From an uncultured delta proteobacterium (GTDB lineage: Bacteria > Desulfobacterota > WTBG01 > CAIYCZ01 > CAIRTM01): 64,000 nt of DNA. Shown here piece by piece: positions 1 through 11,536 of this stretch. The notes beneath the pieces were generated by a model. That model did not search any database. It saw nothing but the letters and a program-made list of their open reading frames with translations, and was not told where the DNA came from. Position numbers and translations under genes: made by a program. The first letter of the stretch is position 1, and the number at the start of each line of letters is the position of its first letter. Location: contig CAWDSQ010000008.1 in the NCBI GenBank assembly GCA_963804955.1, positions 96,001 through 160,000 on the forward strand, written 5' to 3'.

Positions 1-2433
1 TTAAGCGCCATAGTGTTCGCGCGAGCGATTGCTGTTTGAAGCTCGGTATTTGCCCGGCGCAGTTCTTCCTCAGCGCTCCTGCGCTCGGTGATATCCAGCA
101 GAAGTCCGGCTGAGCTCAAGAATCCTGGCCGCTGCCGTCGTATTTATAAATGCTGTACTCATGAATATGGCGTATTTCCCCGCTTGGGCGTACAATACGG
201 TACTCTAGTTCAACCGAGGGGCAATCGTCTGATAAGCCGGTCCACGCCTGTACAAGCGCCGGATAATCCTCCGGGTGCACGTACCGGGTAAACTCGGAAA
301 AGCCCAGGTGGCTGCCGACCGGCAGGCCCAGAATGCGGTAGATTTCATCCGACCATTTGAATTGCCCCGTTTCGACATTATAAATCCAGGTTCCTAAATG
401 TGCTATCTGCCGGGCCTCGATCAAAAGGCTTTCGGTTTCATGCAGCGTCTCTTCCACGCGCCTTCGCTCGGCCAATTCCGTTATTAAAGCTTCCTCGGCC
501 AGCTTGCGCTCAGTGATATCAACAACGGAAATAATGCCTGCCTGTTTACCCAGATAGGTAATGGAATTCCCGGTAAGATAGACCCATTTAAGAGAGCCGC
601 TTTTTGTTATAATTTTAAATTCATGCGAAGCTTCAACACGGTTTGTTCTCCTGTCTATTTCTACCGCTTTGACGAATGATGTCGCGATAATCCTCCGCGA
701 CGAAATCCCAATAGTGCATCGCATACAGTTCCTGTACAGAAAAACCGGTTATTTTTTCGCTGGACGGATTGGCGTACACCCAGTTGTCGCCCTGGTAAAT
801 CATAATGGCAAAAGGAGACGATCTGGCAAGTCTCCTGAATTTATTCTCGCTTTCTTTCAGTGCATCTTCCGCCAGTTTTTGTTCGGTGATGTCCTCAACC
901 AGAGCAACTGTATAATCAACGCTGCCACCAGATTTCCGCACACACCCCACGCAGAGACTTACCCAGACGATGGCCCCATCCTTGCGGATAAAGCGCTTTT
1001 CTGAAGCATACTGTTCAATTTGTCCGGAAAGTATGCGGTTAAATTGTTCAAGATCAGGGGCAAGATCATCCGGATGCGTCATTCCGCCGATGTCATACGA
1101 AGGATTTCGTCCCGGGAATAGCCCAGTATTGAACAGAGCCGGTCATTGGCCTCAAGCCATCCCTTATCAAGAGAGGTAATGGCGATACCGTGCAGGGGCA
1201 AATCAAAGTAGCTGCGGAAGCGCGCCTCACTGGCGCGGATATTTTCTTCGGTCTGTTTGCGCTCGGTAATATCAACAATGGCGACAACAACATGCCTGCG
1301 GCCATCAAGAAGGGCCTGCTCGGCGCTGACCAGCAGCCACGGACGCTGCTCCCGGCCGTCAATGAGCAGAGTCAGCTGAAATTCAGCGCTGTGCACCGGC
1401 TGTCCGGTTTGCAAAAGATCGAGGATTGCATTGCGCAAGGGGCAGGCAGGGCAGACTGGCGAGGAACCGCAGCCCTTTTTGTTTTCCATGCTGTGCACAC
1501 ACCCGAGCCCCGCACCGGCGCGTTGCTGCAAAACCTGCGCCGGCTCTTTGGCAAGCATGTTCGCCATCACGGCATTGGCATCGGCTATCACCATATCGTC
1601 GTCAAGGAGCAGCATGCCAACGGGTGAGGATGCGAAAACGGCTTTGAGATTATCCTTTTCCGTTTTCAGCGCCGCTTCCGCTCTTTTGCGCTTTGTAATA
1701 TCGCTGATACTACACGAAAAAAAAGTTTCTCCGTCCGACTTCCATGCGGAAAAGGCTATCTCTGTGGGCAATTCTTCTCCATTTTTGCGCTGTGCTACAT
1801 ACTCAGAAATTTTTCCGGGAAAGCTTTCAGCCTTTGTGTCCATGAACTGCCGGAACCTGTCCTGGTATGCGGTTCTGAGGCGCTCAGGCACAAGCATATG
1901 TGCCGGCTGACCGATTGCTTCCTGTTGCGTGTAGCCGAAAATTTTTTCAGCGGCGGGGTTCCAGTACAAGATGCGGTTATGGTGGTCGGAATAAAAAATT
2001 GCATTTGGACTGTAATGGGCAATAGCCCTGAAACGCTCCTGGCTGGCGTTAAGCTCAATCTGGAGTTTTTTGAGGGAGGCGACTTCGCTGCGGACGCGAG
2101 ACGTTAAGTCCCGGATGCGGCCGACAACGCCGCCAATGAATACAATGGCCAGATGGCCGACAGGTGCTTCGGCAACCATTTTGTTTACCCAGTTTGGCAC
2201 ATTAAAAAGCGTGCAGAGTAAACAACTCGCGGAACAACCAGCACACCGGCGGCAATGCCCGCGCGCATGCCGTAGAGTATCCCGGCTGTTATCGCCGGCA
2301 CTATGCCCGCGATAGCCATGGCATGGCCGCCTGTTGCCTGTATGAACTTAAATAAGGCTATATAAAATACTACCGAACAAAAAAGAAGGACGGGTTTTTT
2401 CAAGCCATTACTCCCTTTGTGTCGTCTGAACAT
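1..2433 (-). CDS. Membrane-bound multi-PAS sensor histidine kinase, N-terminal part (frameshifted; continues off the left edge)
   Basis: ORFs 2185-2448, 1079-2200, 633-1082 and 116-724 join into TM helices plus about 5 PAS/PAC domains with DITERK motifs; the left edge reads DITERRSAEEELRRANTELQTAIARANTMAL, the coiled coil that normally precedes HisKA. Confidence 0.8.
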
Positions 2434-2452
2434 GTATAGCCTTTGCATTACG

Positions 2453-2775
2453 AGGTTAGAGGTTCAAAAGTTCAAGGTGCAAGTGGTCACCGGCGGATGC
2501 TCCGGCATCTCCGCCTTCCTCGCCTGATGGGAGGACCCGAGGGAGAGGGAATTAAATTTTTCAATGATTCAAGATTGCTGATTCAAGAAGAATAATTTAA
2601 GATTCCGGATTCAGATTTCAAGATAAGATTCACTGATTTAACGGTGGATATGTTTGCCACCTCAATGTTGAATTTTGAACTTTCTTGTCTTCGTCTTGAA
2701 TCTAGATTATGAATTTTGAATCTTACTGCTTTCCATCTTCAATCTTGAATCTTGAATCAGCAATCTGGAATCTCA
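2453..2775. repeat. Intergenic heptamer-repeat (GTTCAAG / GATTCAA / TTGAATC) inverted structure
   Basis: GATTCAAGATTGCTGATTCAAGA (~2566) is a near-perfect inverse of TCTTGAATCAGCAATCTGGAATC (~2750); many TTGAAT/ATTCAA units in between. Confidence 0.7.
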
Positions 2776-5700
2776 TTAACCGAACTGACGGGCGCCGGCA
2801 CCGCGACCCTGTGGCCCGCAAATTTGAGAACGGCAGTTAAAAATGTCCGTTTTTTTAAACGGTTTTGTCAAATGAGCATCGCAGCCCGCATCAAGGCTTT
2901 TTTGCACATGCTCCCCGAGCGCATGGGCTGTCAAAGCGATGATGGGCGTGGGCGCTCGTCCCAGCTCACTCTCCCATCGGCGTATCTCTCTGGTTGCGCT
3001 GTAGCCGTCCATGACCGGCATCTCCATATCCATAAATACGATGTCATATTTGCCCGTTTTGAATTTATCAACGGCAATGAGTCCGTTTTCTGCCATGTCA
3101 ATATGACATGCAGTATTTTTAAAATACACCCTGATCAACATGCGGTTATCTTCATTATCATCGACAAGCAGAATTCTGGCACTCAGCGGCGCCATGGTCG
3201 CCTCATCAGGTCTTGAGCGCAATCGACTGTTGTGCCGGCCGATGCAATGATGCCTGCCCAGCACTGCCTGCACAGCCTCCCGCAGTTCAGCCCGTTTAAT
3301 CGGTTTGACGAGATATCCCTGGATACCCAGCTCCTTGACTCTGGCAATATCGCCGCGTCGATTATCCGGAAGTCAGCACCATAACCGCTACGGCCTGCAT
3401 GACGGATCTTTCTGGATTTCAGCGGCCACGGTAAACCCGTCCATACCGGGCATACGCACATCCAGCAGCACGAGGTTAAACGGCGCTCTGGTCTTCTTCT
3501 GCTTTTTTGAGAAGCCTGAGAGCAGTGGCCCCGTCTTCTGCTTCAACGACCTCAAAGCGCTCCAGTGCTGTCATTAACTTACGCAGAATAAGCCTGTTGG
3601 TTGCCGTATCATCGACGATAAGAGTTTTTAACCCTTTGATATCCGCCCGGCCACGGCAGTCACCGCGTCGTCACAGGGCTGTTTTTCAAACGTGGCGGTA
3701 AAGCAGAATGTGCTGCCGCTGTGCTCAACGCTCTCAACCCAGATGCGGCCGCCCATCAAATCGACAAGCTGCCGGGATATGGCAAGCCCCAGACCCGTGC
3801 CGCCAAAACGCCGCGTGGTGGTTGAATCGGCCTGCGTGAAGCGGTCGAAAATCAGATCGAGTTTGTCCGGGCGGTATGCCGATGCCCGTATCGTGAACAG
3901 TGAACAGCAATTTCTGTTCTTCCGGAACTCCGCCGACTGAATCAGCTGGCGCTGCTTTTTCAACTTTCACGAAAATTTCGCCTGTTTCGGTGAATTTTAC
4001 CGCATTGCCGATCAGATTGATTATAATCTGCCGCAGGCGGGTTGGGTCGCCGATAAGGTTTGCCTCTACATCTTCAGCAACAAAACCATTCAGTTCGAGC
4101 CCTTTTTTATGCGCTCGCATGGCCATGACTTCGCAGGTTTTTTCAATAAGGTCGGTCAGGTTGAAATCGGTTTTTTCAAGCTCAATCTGCCCGGCCTCAA
4201 CCTTTGAAAGGTCAAGGATGTCATTAATAAGCGTCAGCAGATTTTCTCCGGCGTTCTTGAAAACCTGCACGTACTGCTGCTGCTCGCTGTCAAGCTGCGT
4301 GTCAGACAGCAGCTCGGCCATGCCGATAATGGCGTTCATGGGCGTGCGGATTTCATGGCTCATGCTGGCAAGAAATTCGCTCTTGGCGATATTGGCGGCC
4401 TCAGCTGCCTCACCGCGCCAGGCGCATTTGCTCTTCGTGCTGTTTGCTCTCGGTAATGTCAAGCAGAATACTGGCAACCTGCCGCCGGTTTCGTTTTCGT
4501 CAAATTTATTACGTGACACTCCCGAACATGGCGTATTTCTCCGCCGGGGCGAATGATCCGGAACTCCATATCAATTGAAGAGGGGTCCGCTTCGTTTATA
4601 CTGTTCCATGCAGTCAGTGAAAGATCGAAATATCGTCGGGGTGAAGTACCGGACAAATTCGGAAAAACCCAGAGGACTGCCCATCGGCAGGCCCAGAATG
4701 CGGTAGATTTCATCGGACCAGCGCATTTCCTGCGTGGCGATCATAAAAATCCCGGTGCCCATATGGGCTATCTGCTGGGCTTCGGTCAGAAGACTTTCGG
4801 TTTCGTGCAGCGCCGCTTCCACTCGCCTGCGCTCGGCAAGCTCAACCTTCAGAGCTTCTTCGGCAACCTTGCGCTTCGTGATATCAACAATGGCAACAAC
4901 GAGATGGCTGCGGCCATTAACAAACGCAGGCTCGACACTCACCAGCAGCCACGGCTGATGTTCCATGCCGTTCAGCAGCAGGTGGGTTGTATTTCAGCCC
5001 CATGCACCGACCTGTCGGTTGTTAAGACCGCCATGATCGCACTTCTCAGCGAACAAAGCCGGCAGGCGGGTGAAAAACCGCATCCCCTTGCATCCTCAGC
5101 ACTATGGATGCATCCCAGTCCGGCGCCGATGGGCTGCTGCAAAAGATCAGCGGGCTCTTTGCCTATCATTCGGGCGATTACGGCATTGGCATTCGTAATA
5201 ACCAGGTTTTCGTCAAGCAGCAGCATGCCCACGGGTGATGATGCAGAAAATGGCTTTGAGATTATCCTTTTCCGTTTGCAGCGATTTTTGCGCAATTTTG
5301 CTCTCGGTGATGTTCTGAAATACCGTGGCAAACTGGCCCGGCCCCACCTGAAAAGCATTGATGGTGTAATAGCAGCTGCTGCTGTTCGACAAACTGCTCG
5401 AAGGCAACAGGCTCGCCGGTGAGGGCTACTTTACCGTATGTTTCTATCAGCTGTCGAGCCCTTGACATGGGGATAGACGTCCGTAACGCGTTTGCCCAGC
5501 ACATCGGCTATGCGCAGCCCGGTGTGCGTTTCAAAGGCAGCGTTAGCCTGCAGAAAAACATAGTCGATTGGTTTGCCCTGCTCATCGACTATTATTTTAT
5601 GAATGGCAACGCCGGACAGGGCATTGTCAAACAGGCCGCGAAACAGCGTTTCGCTTTCATGCACACGAGCAAACGCCGCGCCGAGTTGCTGCTCTGCCGT

Positions 5701-7359
5701 GCCGGTGAGCGACCAGAGCAGCATCAGCGCACCGCTGAGCAGCCCCGCGGCAAGCGCCAAGATTCAGACAACAGCCGCGCTGCGGGTGGCTCGGCTTCTG
5801 CGGTTATATCCCGCATGATGATGAGCGATGCGACCTGCGCGGCCTGCGGCATCAGGCAGATGAATGATGCCGCAGGTAAACCATTTGCCTCCCTGCCGGG
5901 CGGAAAAACTGTTGCTAGAGGGAACCGCGCTAAAATCTTGCGCCAGCAAGCGGCCCACCTCATCGGGCAGGCCGCGTCTGTCTGGTAGGGTGCTACTACA
6001 AGGGGATAGTCGTTCCAGCGGCCGGAGAAGCCGAAAGTCTTCCGGGCAGGCCTCGAAGTGCTTCGCGGTTGTAAAAGTCTTTCCGAACGACAGGTAGCAA
6101 TTCGTTGTTCATATCGCGCGGCCAGCTGCTCCGTCATATGCTCGATTTCCATGCCCAGTTCAAGGTAGCCTGATAAGCTTGCCCTGAAGGCGGACGGGCG
6201 AACATACCGCAGCGTAAAAGATCCCAGTGGCCCCGCTCAGATTCCCCAGGCATCAGCGTCCGTTGCTGCGCCGTTACCAGGGTGAAACGCTCGATACGGT
6301 CGCCTCGCCGGTCGGGCTGATGGGCTCGCAGGAAGCAGGTTCGATCGGGCTCTATGAAGTAACAGTGGTGTTATCGTATGATTTTCCTTAAGGAGCAAAT
6401 GCCGGCTGCGCCAGGCGTAAGGGCTGTCAGATCGCGGGTCTGAAAGCCTTCAGCAAATCAGCGTTGCTTTCATAGGTCGATCTGTCGCTTTCAGAAGCTG
6501 ACATTTGAGTCGATGCTGCGGTTCAGTCTGCTTCTGGCCTGGTCCAGCATGGCGATCATGTTGCGATGTGGCATCTGCTTGAATTCGCGGTGGCCATAGA
6601 ATGAGATAAGCAGTACTGCCGCCAGTATAACCAGAGCAGCGGGCATGATGATCCAGCGCCTGAGCTTGAGCCTGTCGGGAGTAATGTTCCGGTTGCGGCG
6701 GTGTATGATAAAAGCCCCGGAGGCAAGCAACAAGCAGCAGCGCTACGAGTCATCAGGACGGGATTGCGGCGTACGGCGGTCAGTCGGGCGTGCCAGTCTG
6801 CGGCCGGCACATCAATACCGACTACCATCAACACGCTGCCGCTATTCGGGGATCAAGCACCGGGGTCAAGGCTGAAATAAAGACGCCGTATTTATCAGTG
6901 TAGGGCCGACCGCGGCAGGTTTTCCGGTTTGCAGCACCTGCCAGCTTTCAGGGGTGGGCTTATCGTACACCGCTCCGGGCGGGCTGGCCATGGGGTCGCT
7001 TTCGGGATAGCTTTCCGGGCCGAACACTATTTTGCCATTGCGCACCGCCATGCTGTAAATACCGCGCTGCGAGCCGGTTTTGCCTGCAGCGATCATCTGT
7101 TGGCGGATATGTTCAAAAGCAGGAGGCCTTTGTCGGCTGCGGTGAAGGTAAGCTTGCGGGCAAGCTCCGGGTTGATGGTTCGGCTGATGTCGTCAACCTG
7201 CCTGAGCAAGTGCTCACGCATTTCGGCGTCAAGGCGTCTGGCAGCGGTTTCACCTGCCCACCAGCCAAAGGCAAGCAGCAGCCCAAGCAGCGCCGACATG
7301 AGCAGAGCATAGAGTACGTTTCTGCCGGCGAACCATTTTTTTGTCTGCGTGTCGGGCAT
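2776..7359 (-). CDS. Hybrid sensor histidine kinase: extracytoplasmic sensor, PAS x3, HisKA, HATPase, REC, REC (many frameshifts)
   Basis: H-box [15 protein letters not shown]-box [23 protein letters not shown], two receiver domains (second: LLVDDNED...FMDMEMP...LTKP) spread over ORFs from 7093-7359 to 2776-3273. Confidence 0.85.
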
Positions 7360-7377
7360 GAGGATGCTCTTTAAACA

Positions 7378-7545
7378 AATTCAAAATTCAGGATTCAATA
7401 ATGTATTTTCATTGTTCATGGTTTTTAATTAATGGTTAATGCCTGATTAACCCTCCTGATCCCTCCCACCGGAGGATCAGAACAAATTCTAGGCATACTC
7501 CGGTGAACCCCAACGTTTTTAACCTTGAACTTTTAACCTGAACTG
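7378..7545. repeat. Degenerate inverted copy of the 2453-2775 element, with an internal hairpin
   Basis: Minus strand GGTTAAAAGTTCAAGGT...TCACCGGAGTATGC...GGTGGGAGG matches plus strand 2461-2535; hairpin CTGATCCCTCC-CACC-GGAGGATCAG. Confidence 0.55.
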
Positions 7546-7597
7546 CTCCTAACTCCGAACTCCACGGGGCATGACGCGCCTCTCCAACTTCCGCCCG

Positions 7598-10248
7598 TCA
7601 TGCCGCACCAAGCTGCCTGCGATGCGCACCCAGGGCTTTTCTAACTTTAAACAGCAGCACTTCTTTGTTAAGGGGCTTGTGCATATAGTCTTCCGCGCCC
7701 AGCTCCAGCCCCTTGATTTCGTCCTCCGGCCCCGTGCTGCCGGTTACCAGGATTACGGGGGCATGCAGACCTTTCTGGCTGAGCATCTCCAGCAGTTTGT
7801 ATCCGTCGAGATTGGGCATATTAATGTCTGAGATAATCAGATCATAAGACTTCTGACCGAGAGCAAGCAGGGCATCAATGCCGTCGCCTGCGCAGGTGAC
7901 TTTGTACCCTGCCTGCGTGAGAAAATGCTCCATCAGAGTCTGTGAGCCCTCATCGTCATCAACCAGCAGTATTGATTGTGACGTATCGCCGGCATCACGG
8001 ACAATATGCAATGCAGGCGCCTCTGGGTTCTGGTTTTTTCGCGGGGGCTGCCTTGACGTTTGATTCTTCCAGAAGAACTTTTTCATAGACATCGCTCAGC
8101 GCAAATGTGTGATTGCACACTTTTTCAAGGGCATGCGTGCTTATCAGATAATCGCCCCGGCTGCGCATAAACTGCCTGATATCGTCAATCGATGCACCCT
8201 CACGCACCATGTCTGCGATCTGGGGATCGAATTTTATTATTTCATATACTCCTTCCCGGCCGGAATACCCGGTATTGCGGCAGGCATCACAGCCTTTGGG
8301 ACGGGCGAGCATATCCGGAGGGGCGTCGGTCAACCCGGATAAGAGCTGGCGCTCCTCCGGAGAAACAGGGGTTATGACTTTGCAGTGGTCGCACAGTTTT
8401 TTAATAAGCTGCTGGGCAACGATACCGGTAATGGAATCGGCCATGGCTCCCCGGCTGACGCCCAGCCTCTCAAGCCTGAAAATGGTTGTGGTGGCATTTG
8501 ATGAATGAATAGTTGATATGGCAAGATGGCCTGTGCTGGCAAAATCCATGGACATCCTGGCTGAAAAGGAATCGCGCACTTCTCCCAGATACAGAATATC
8601 AGGGTCCTGGCGCACGCATGACTTCAAAACCGCCTCAAAGGTCACGCCGGCCTTTTCATTTACCTGCTGCTGGTTGGCAAACGGTATCTTGTATTCAACG
8701 GGATCCTCAACCGTCATGAGGCTTCGCGTCCGGCAGTCGATATGCGCAAGCAGGCTGTAAATGGTCGTGGTCTTGCCCGATCCTGTCGGCCCGACGATGA
8801 GAATCAAACCGCTGTGGCGCTGCGCAAGCTCTATCAGCGTAGCGGTCTGCAGCTGGGTCATGCCGAGTTCAGTCAGCGACCGTGCCTGCGCCTCGGGGTC
8901 AAGCAGCCGCATCACCAGGCTTTCTCCATGGGGTGTTGATGTCGTGGCCAGCCGCAGTTTAAACGTCCGGTTGTCAATTTGTATCTCAACAGCGCCGTCC
9001 TGCGGCTTTCTCCTTTCGGCAATATCAAGCCTCCCCAAAACCTTCAGCCGCGACAGAAGCCTGACGCCCGTTTCGCTGTCAATGTCTATATAGTCACGCA
9101 TATCGCCATCGACACGGAAACGAACAACGGTTTTATTATCTTTGGGCTCTATATGTATATCGCTTGCCCGCCCATAGGCGGCCGCGCTGAAAATTCCGGT
9201 TGCAAGATCGGCGATCATAGTATCATCTTCAGCTTTTCCGGCCTGCAGCAGCTCCGTTTCGGGCAGCGATGCGGCATTACCGGAAGAGTCGTTGTATGAC
9301 TGCATGACAGGATTATTTTTTCCGGCCTCCGCCTGTTGCAGGAGCGGGCCCGGGGAGGAGGGGGCGCTGCTTTGCTGCTGCGCCGTTCTCATGACGGGAA
9401 TTTTTTTCCGCTTCGACCTGTCGAAAATTCCGATAATCGTATCCGGCTCGGTCACGGCAAACCGGGTCAGCTGATCAACGCCCTTAACCTTTTTCATTGT
9501 GTCTTGCAGCGTCCAGTCGAAGGGATTGCTGAGAATAAAGTTCACCCCGCAAACGGATTCGTCTACCGCCAGTATGAGGTTTGATTTTGAAAATGCCGCC
9601 GGAATGACACCGATGCGGATAATCTGGGTTCTGACATACGGGACATAGGGGACATTCAAAAATTCGGCAAACAGCTTTGCCATGTCTTCATGCTCAAATT
9701 CGAAGTCATGGGCTGCTTGATACAGCTGCAGAGCCGGAACCTGCATCCAGCGGATTTTTTTTTCAGGTGAAAACTGAAATTTTTTTGCAACAAACTCCTT
9801 GAACTCAAGAAACTCCGAGGGCTGTGCTTCCTTCTTGATATGCGGCTCCCTGAGCTGCTGCCATTTTACGTTTCTTTCCAGCTGGAGCCGGATTTTGTGC
9901 AGCAGCGGGTTCAGATGAAACGGCTTGGTTAAAAAATCAGCTCCACCGGCTGCAAAGGCCTTTTTTTTGTCCTGCTCGCTGTTTTTTGATGTCACGAACA
10001 CAACGGGAATATATGCCGTTAGCAGGATCTTTCTGCAGCTGCAGGCACACCTCATAGCCGTTCAACCCGGGCATTTCAACATCAAGCACGATTACATCCG
10101 GCTGATTGGCCGTTGCCAGCTGGATGCCCCGCCGGCCCTCGCTGGCGGTCATTACCTCGTAATTGCCGTGCTTCAGAAGGTATTGCAGCAGACTGAGCGT
10201 ATCGGCATCATCATCAATACACAGAATCAATGGTGTTTTATTTTCCAT
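7598..10248 (-). CDS. PilB/GspE-family secretion ATPase fused to N- and C-terminal receiver domains (two apparent 1-nt frameshifts)
   Basis: REC1 (CIDDD..VLDVEMP..VTS..TKPF); ASDIHIEP, Walker A GPTGSGKTT, EDPVE, GEVRD, His box, CxxC..CxxC; REC2 (LVDDD..SDINMP..VTG..HKP); ORFs 9937-10254, 7995-10055, 7598-8092. Confidence 0.85.
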
Positions 10249-10582
10249 AGACAACCGTCACCCTCTGCAGGTATTCGACAAAATCTTTAACAGCTGTGCG
10301 AATTCCCTGCAGATTCAAAGCTTTTGCAGACTCCTCCAGAGCGCTTCCGATAAAGGTAAGCCGCTCGAATCCATAGCTTCCGCCGGAGCCTTTGAGACTG
10401 TGGCCGATAATGCGGATCGGCTCATAATGCTCCTGCTGTAATTCCTCAGTAATAATTTTCACATCCTTTTCCCGGTTTTCAAGATAGTGCGGGATCAGAA
10501 ATTCCAGATCAGGATCAATGATCACAGGGATAGGCTCCTCACCGCTTTTTCCCTCTTTATAGCTTGCCATAAGCACCTCCAT
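10238..10582 (-). CDS. Stand-alone Hpt phosphotransfer protein, copy 1
   Basis: GHSLKGSGGSYG Hpt signature, ~110 aa; GGAGG RBS before the second Met (10570), which is the likely start. Confidence 0.9.
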   Translation of the reverse strand: MEVLMASYKEGKSGEEPIPVIIDPDLEFLIPHYLENREKDVKIITEELQQEHYEPIRIIGHSLKGSGGSYGFERLTFIGSALEESAKALNLQGIRTAVKDFVEYLQRVTVVYGK

Positions 10583-10623
10583 GTTTTTTTACTGATGTTG
10601 CGCACTGCTTTGCTTCTACTGAT

Positions 10624-10690
10624 TTCAAGTATGATGCCATAGCAAACAGATACTGAAAAAAAACAAAAAGTAAAAAAAATCAGGCGGTTA
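10624..10690 (-). promoter_or_regulatory. Putative sigma54-type promoter plus IHF site upstream of Hpt copy 1
   Basis: TGGCATCATACTTGAA (GG-N10-GA variant) at 10624-10639; IHF-like AATCAGGCGGTTA at 10678-10690. Confidence 0.45.
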
Positions 10691-11034
10691 CAATAATCTG
10701 TCGAGGAGTTCCCTGCTCAAGGTGCTTATTGGAAGTGTGCTTTGGCACAAAATGGTACGGCACAGGTTGCGCCATAACGTGACAGAGCAAAGCCTGAGGA
10801 ATTATAGGTCTTCGGGCTTTTTATATCCCGCAACAGGCTTGAGTTTCTGGAGAAACATCCTGCCATGATCGTGCTGCACGGGGGGGGGTAGGGGCAGCTT
10901 CTGCCAACCAGACAGCAAAGCAGCAGCTGTTTTTATAGAAGACTTGAATGATGCCGCCGTAAAAAGCCCCAGCGGTTGTCAATGACAGTACCTTGCTGAT
11001 TTTAAAGTGCTTTGCCTTTGCGGACACCACACTG

Positions 11035-11102
11035 TGTCATTGCGGGCCGCAGGCCGTGGCAATCTCACTAAGCCGGATTGCTTCACTTCGTTCGCAATGA
11101 CA
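11035..11102. repeat. REP-like palindromic element (GTCATTGCG...CGCAATGAC family)
   Basis: TGTCATTGCG...GCAATC...GATTGC...CGCAATGACA nested inverted repeats. Confidence 0.8.
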
Positions 11103-11344
11103 GTTTTTTGACTTTTTACGACTTCATCCTGAACAGTTCTTGAAAGAAGAAATTTTTAAAGCAGGTTGGATTAATCCGCTCCGGCGGAACAACCAAATCT
11201 AAGCCGACCCCGGAACAGGTATGCTTGAAGGTTTCCCTGCAACCACTGCACCGTAAAATTCGCCTGAACCAGCCTCATGTCTATGAAGTTAAAGATCAAG
11301 GGGAGCCAGGTCTTTGATTCTTTCCTTTAGGAGCATTGAGCAGC

Positions 11345-11467
11345 CTAGGCGTGCGGTAAAAATCCCCACAAGTATAAGGCAAGCAACAAACACACGCCAA
11401 AAGGTGCGATATCATTGAGAAGTACAATAAAGAAATCCGGGTCTCGAAATTGATGGAGCATTTTCAT
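11345..11467 (-). CDS. Unannotated 40-aa small membrane protein
   Basis: AAGGAGG RBS, ATG at 11467, MKMLHQFRDPDFFIVLLNDIAPFGVCLLLALYLWGFLPHA*; hydrophobic C-terminal half. Confidence 0.5.
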   Translation of the reverse strand: MKMLHQFRDPDFFIVLLNDIAPFGVCLLLALYLWGFLPHA

Positions 11468-11536
11468 GATTGTCAGGCCTCCTTGTCCTTTTTAAAACTA
11501 TCCGCAAGCATATCGGTTGTTTTTGTTACGGGCATT

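Noticed and set aside
2560..2775. CRISPR array
   Set aside because: Units are ~7 nt, degenerate and inverted; no constant 23-47 nt repeat with unique spacers and no cas genes.
10879..10888. Poly-G tract as a phase-variation switch
   Set aside because: Not inside a supported gene or promoter.
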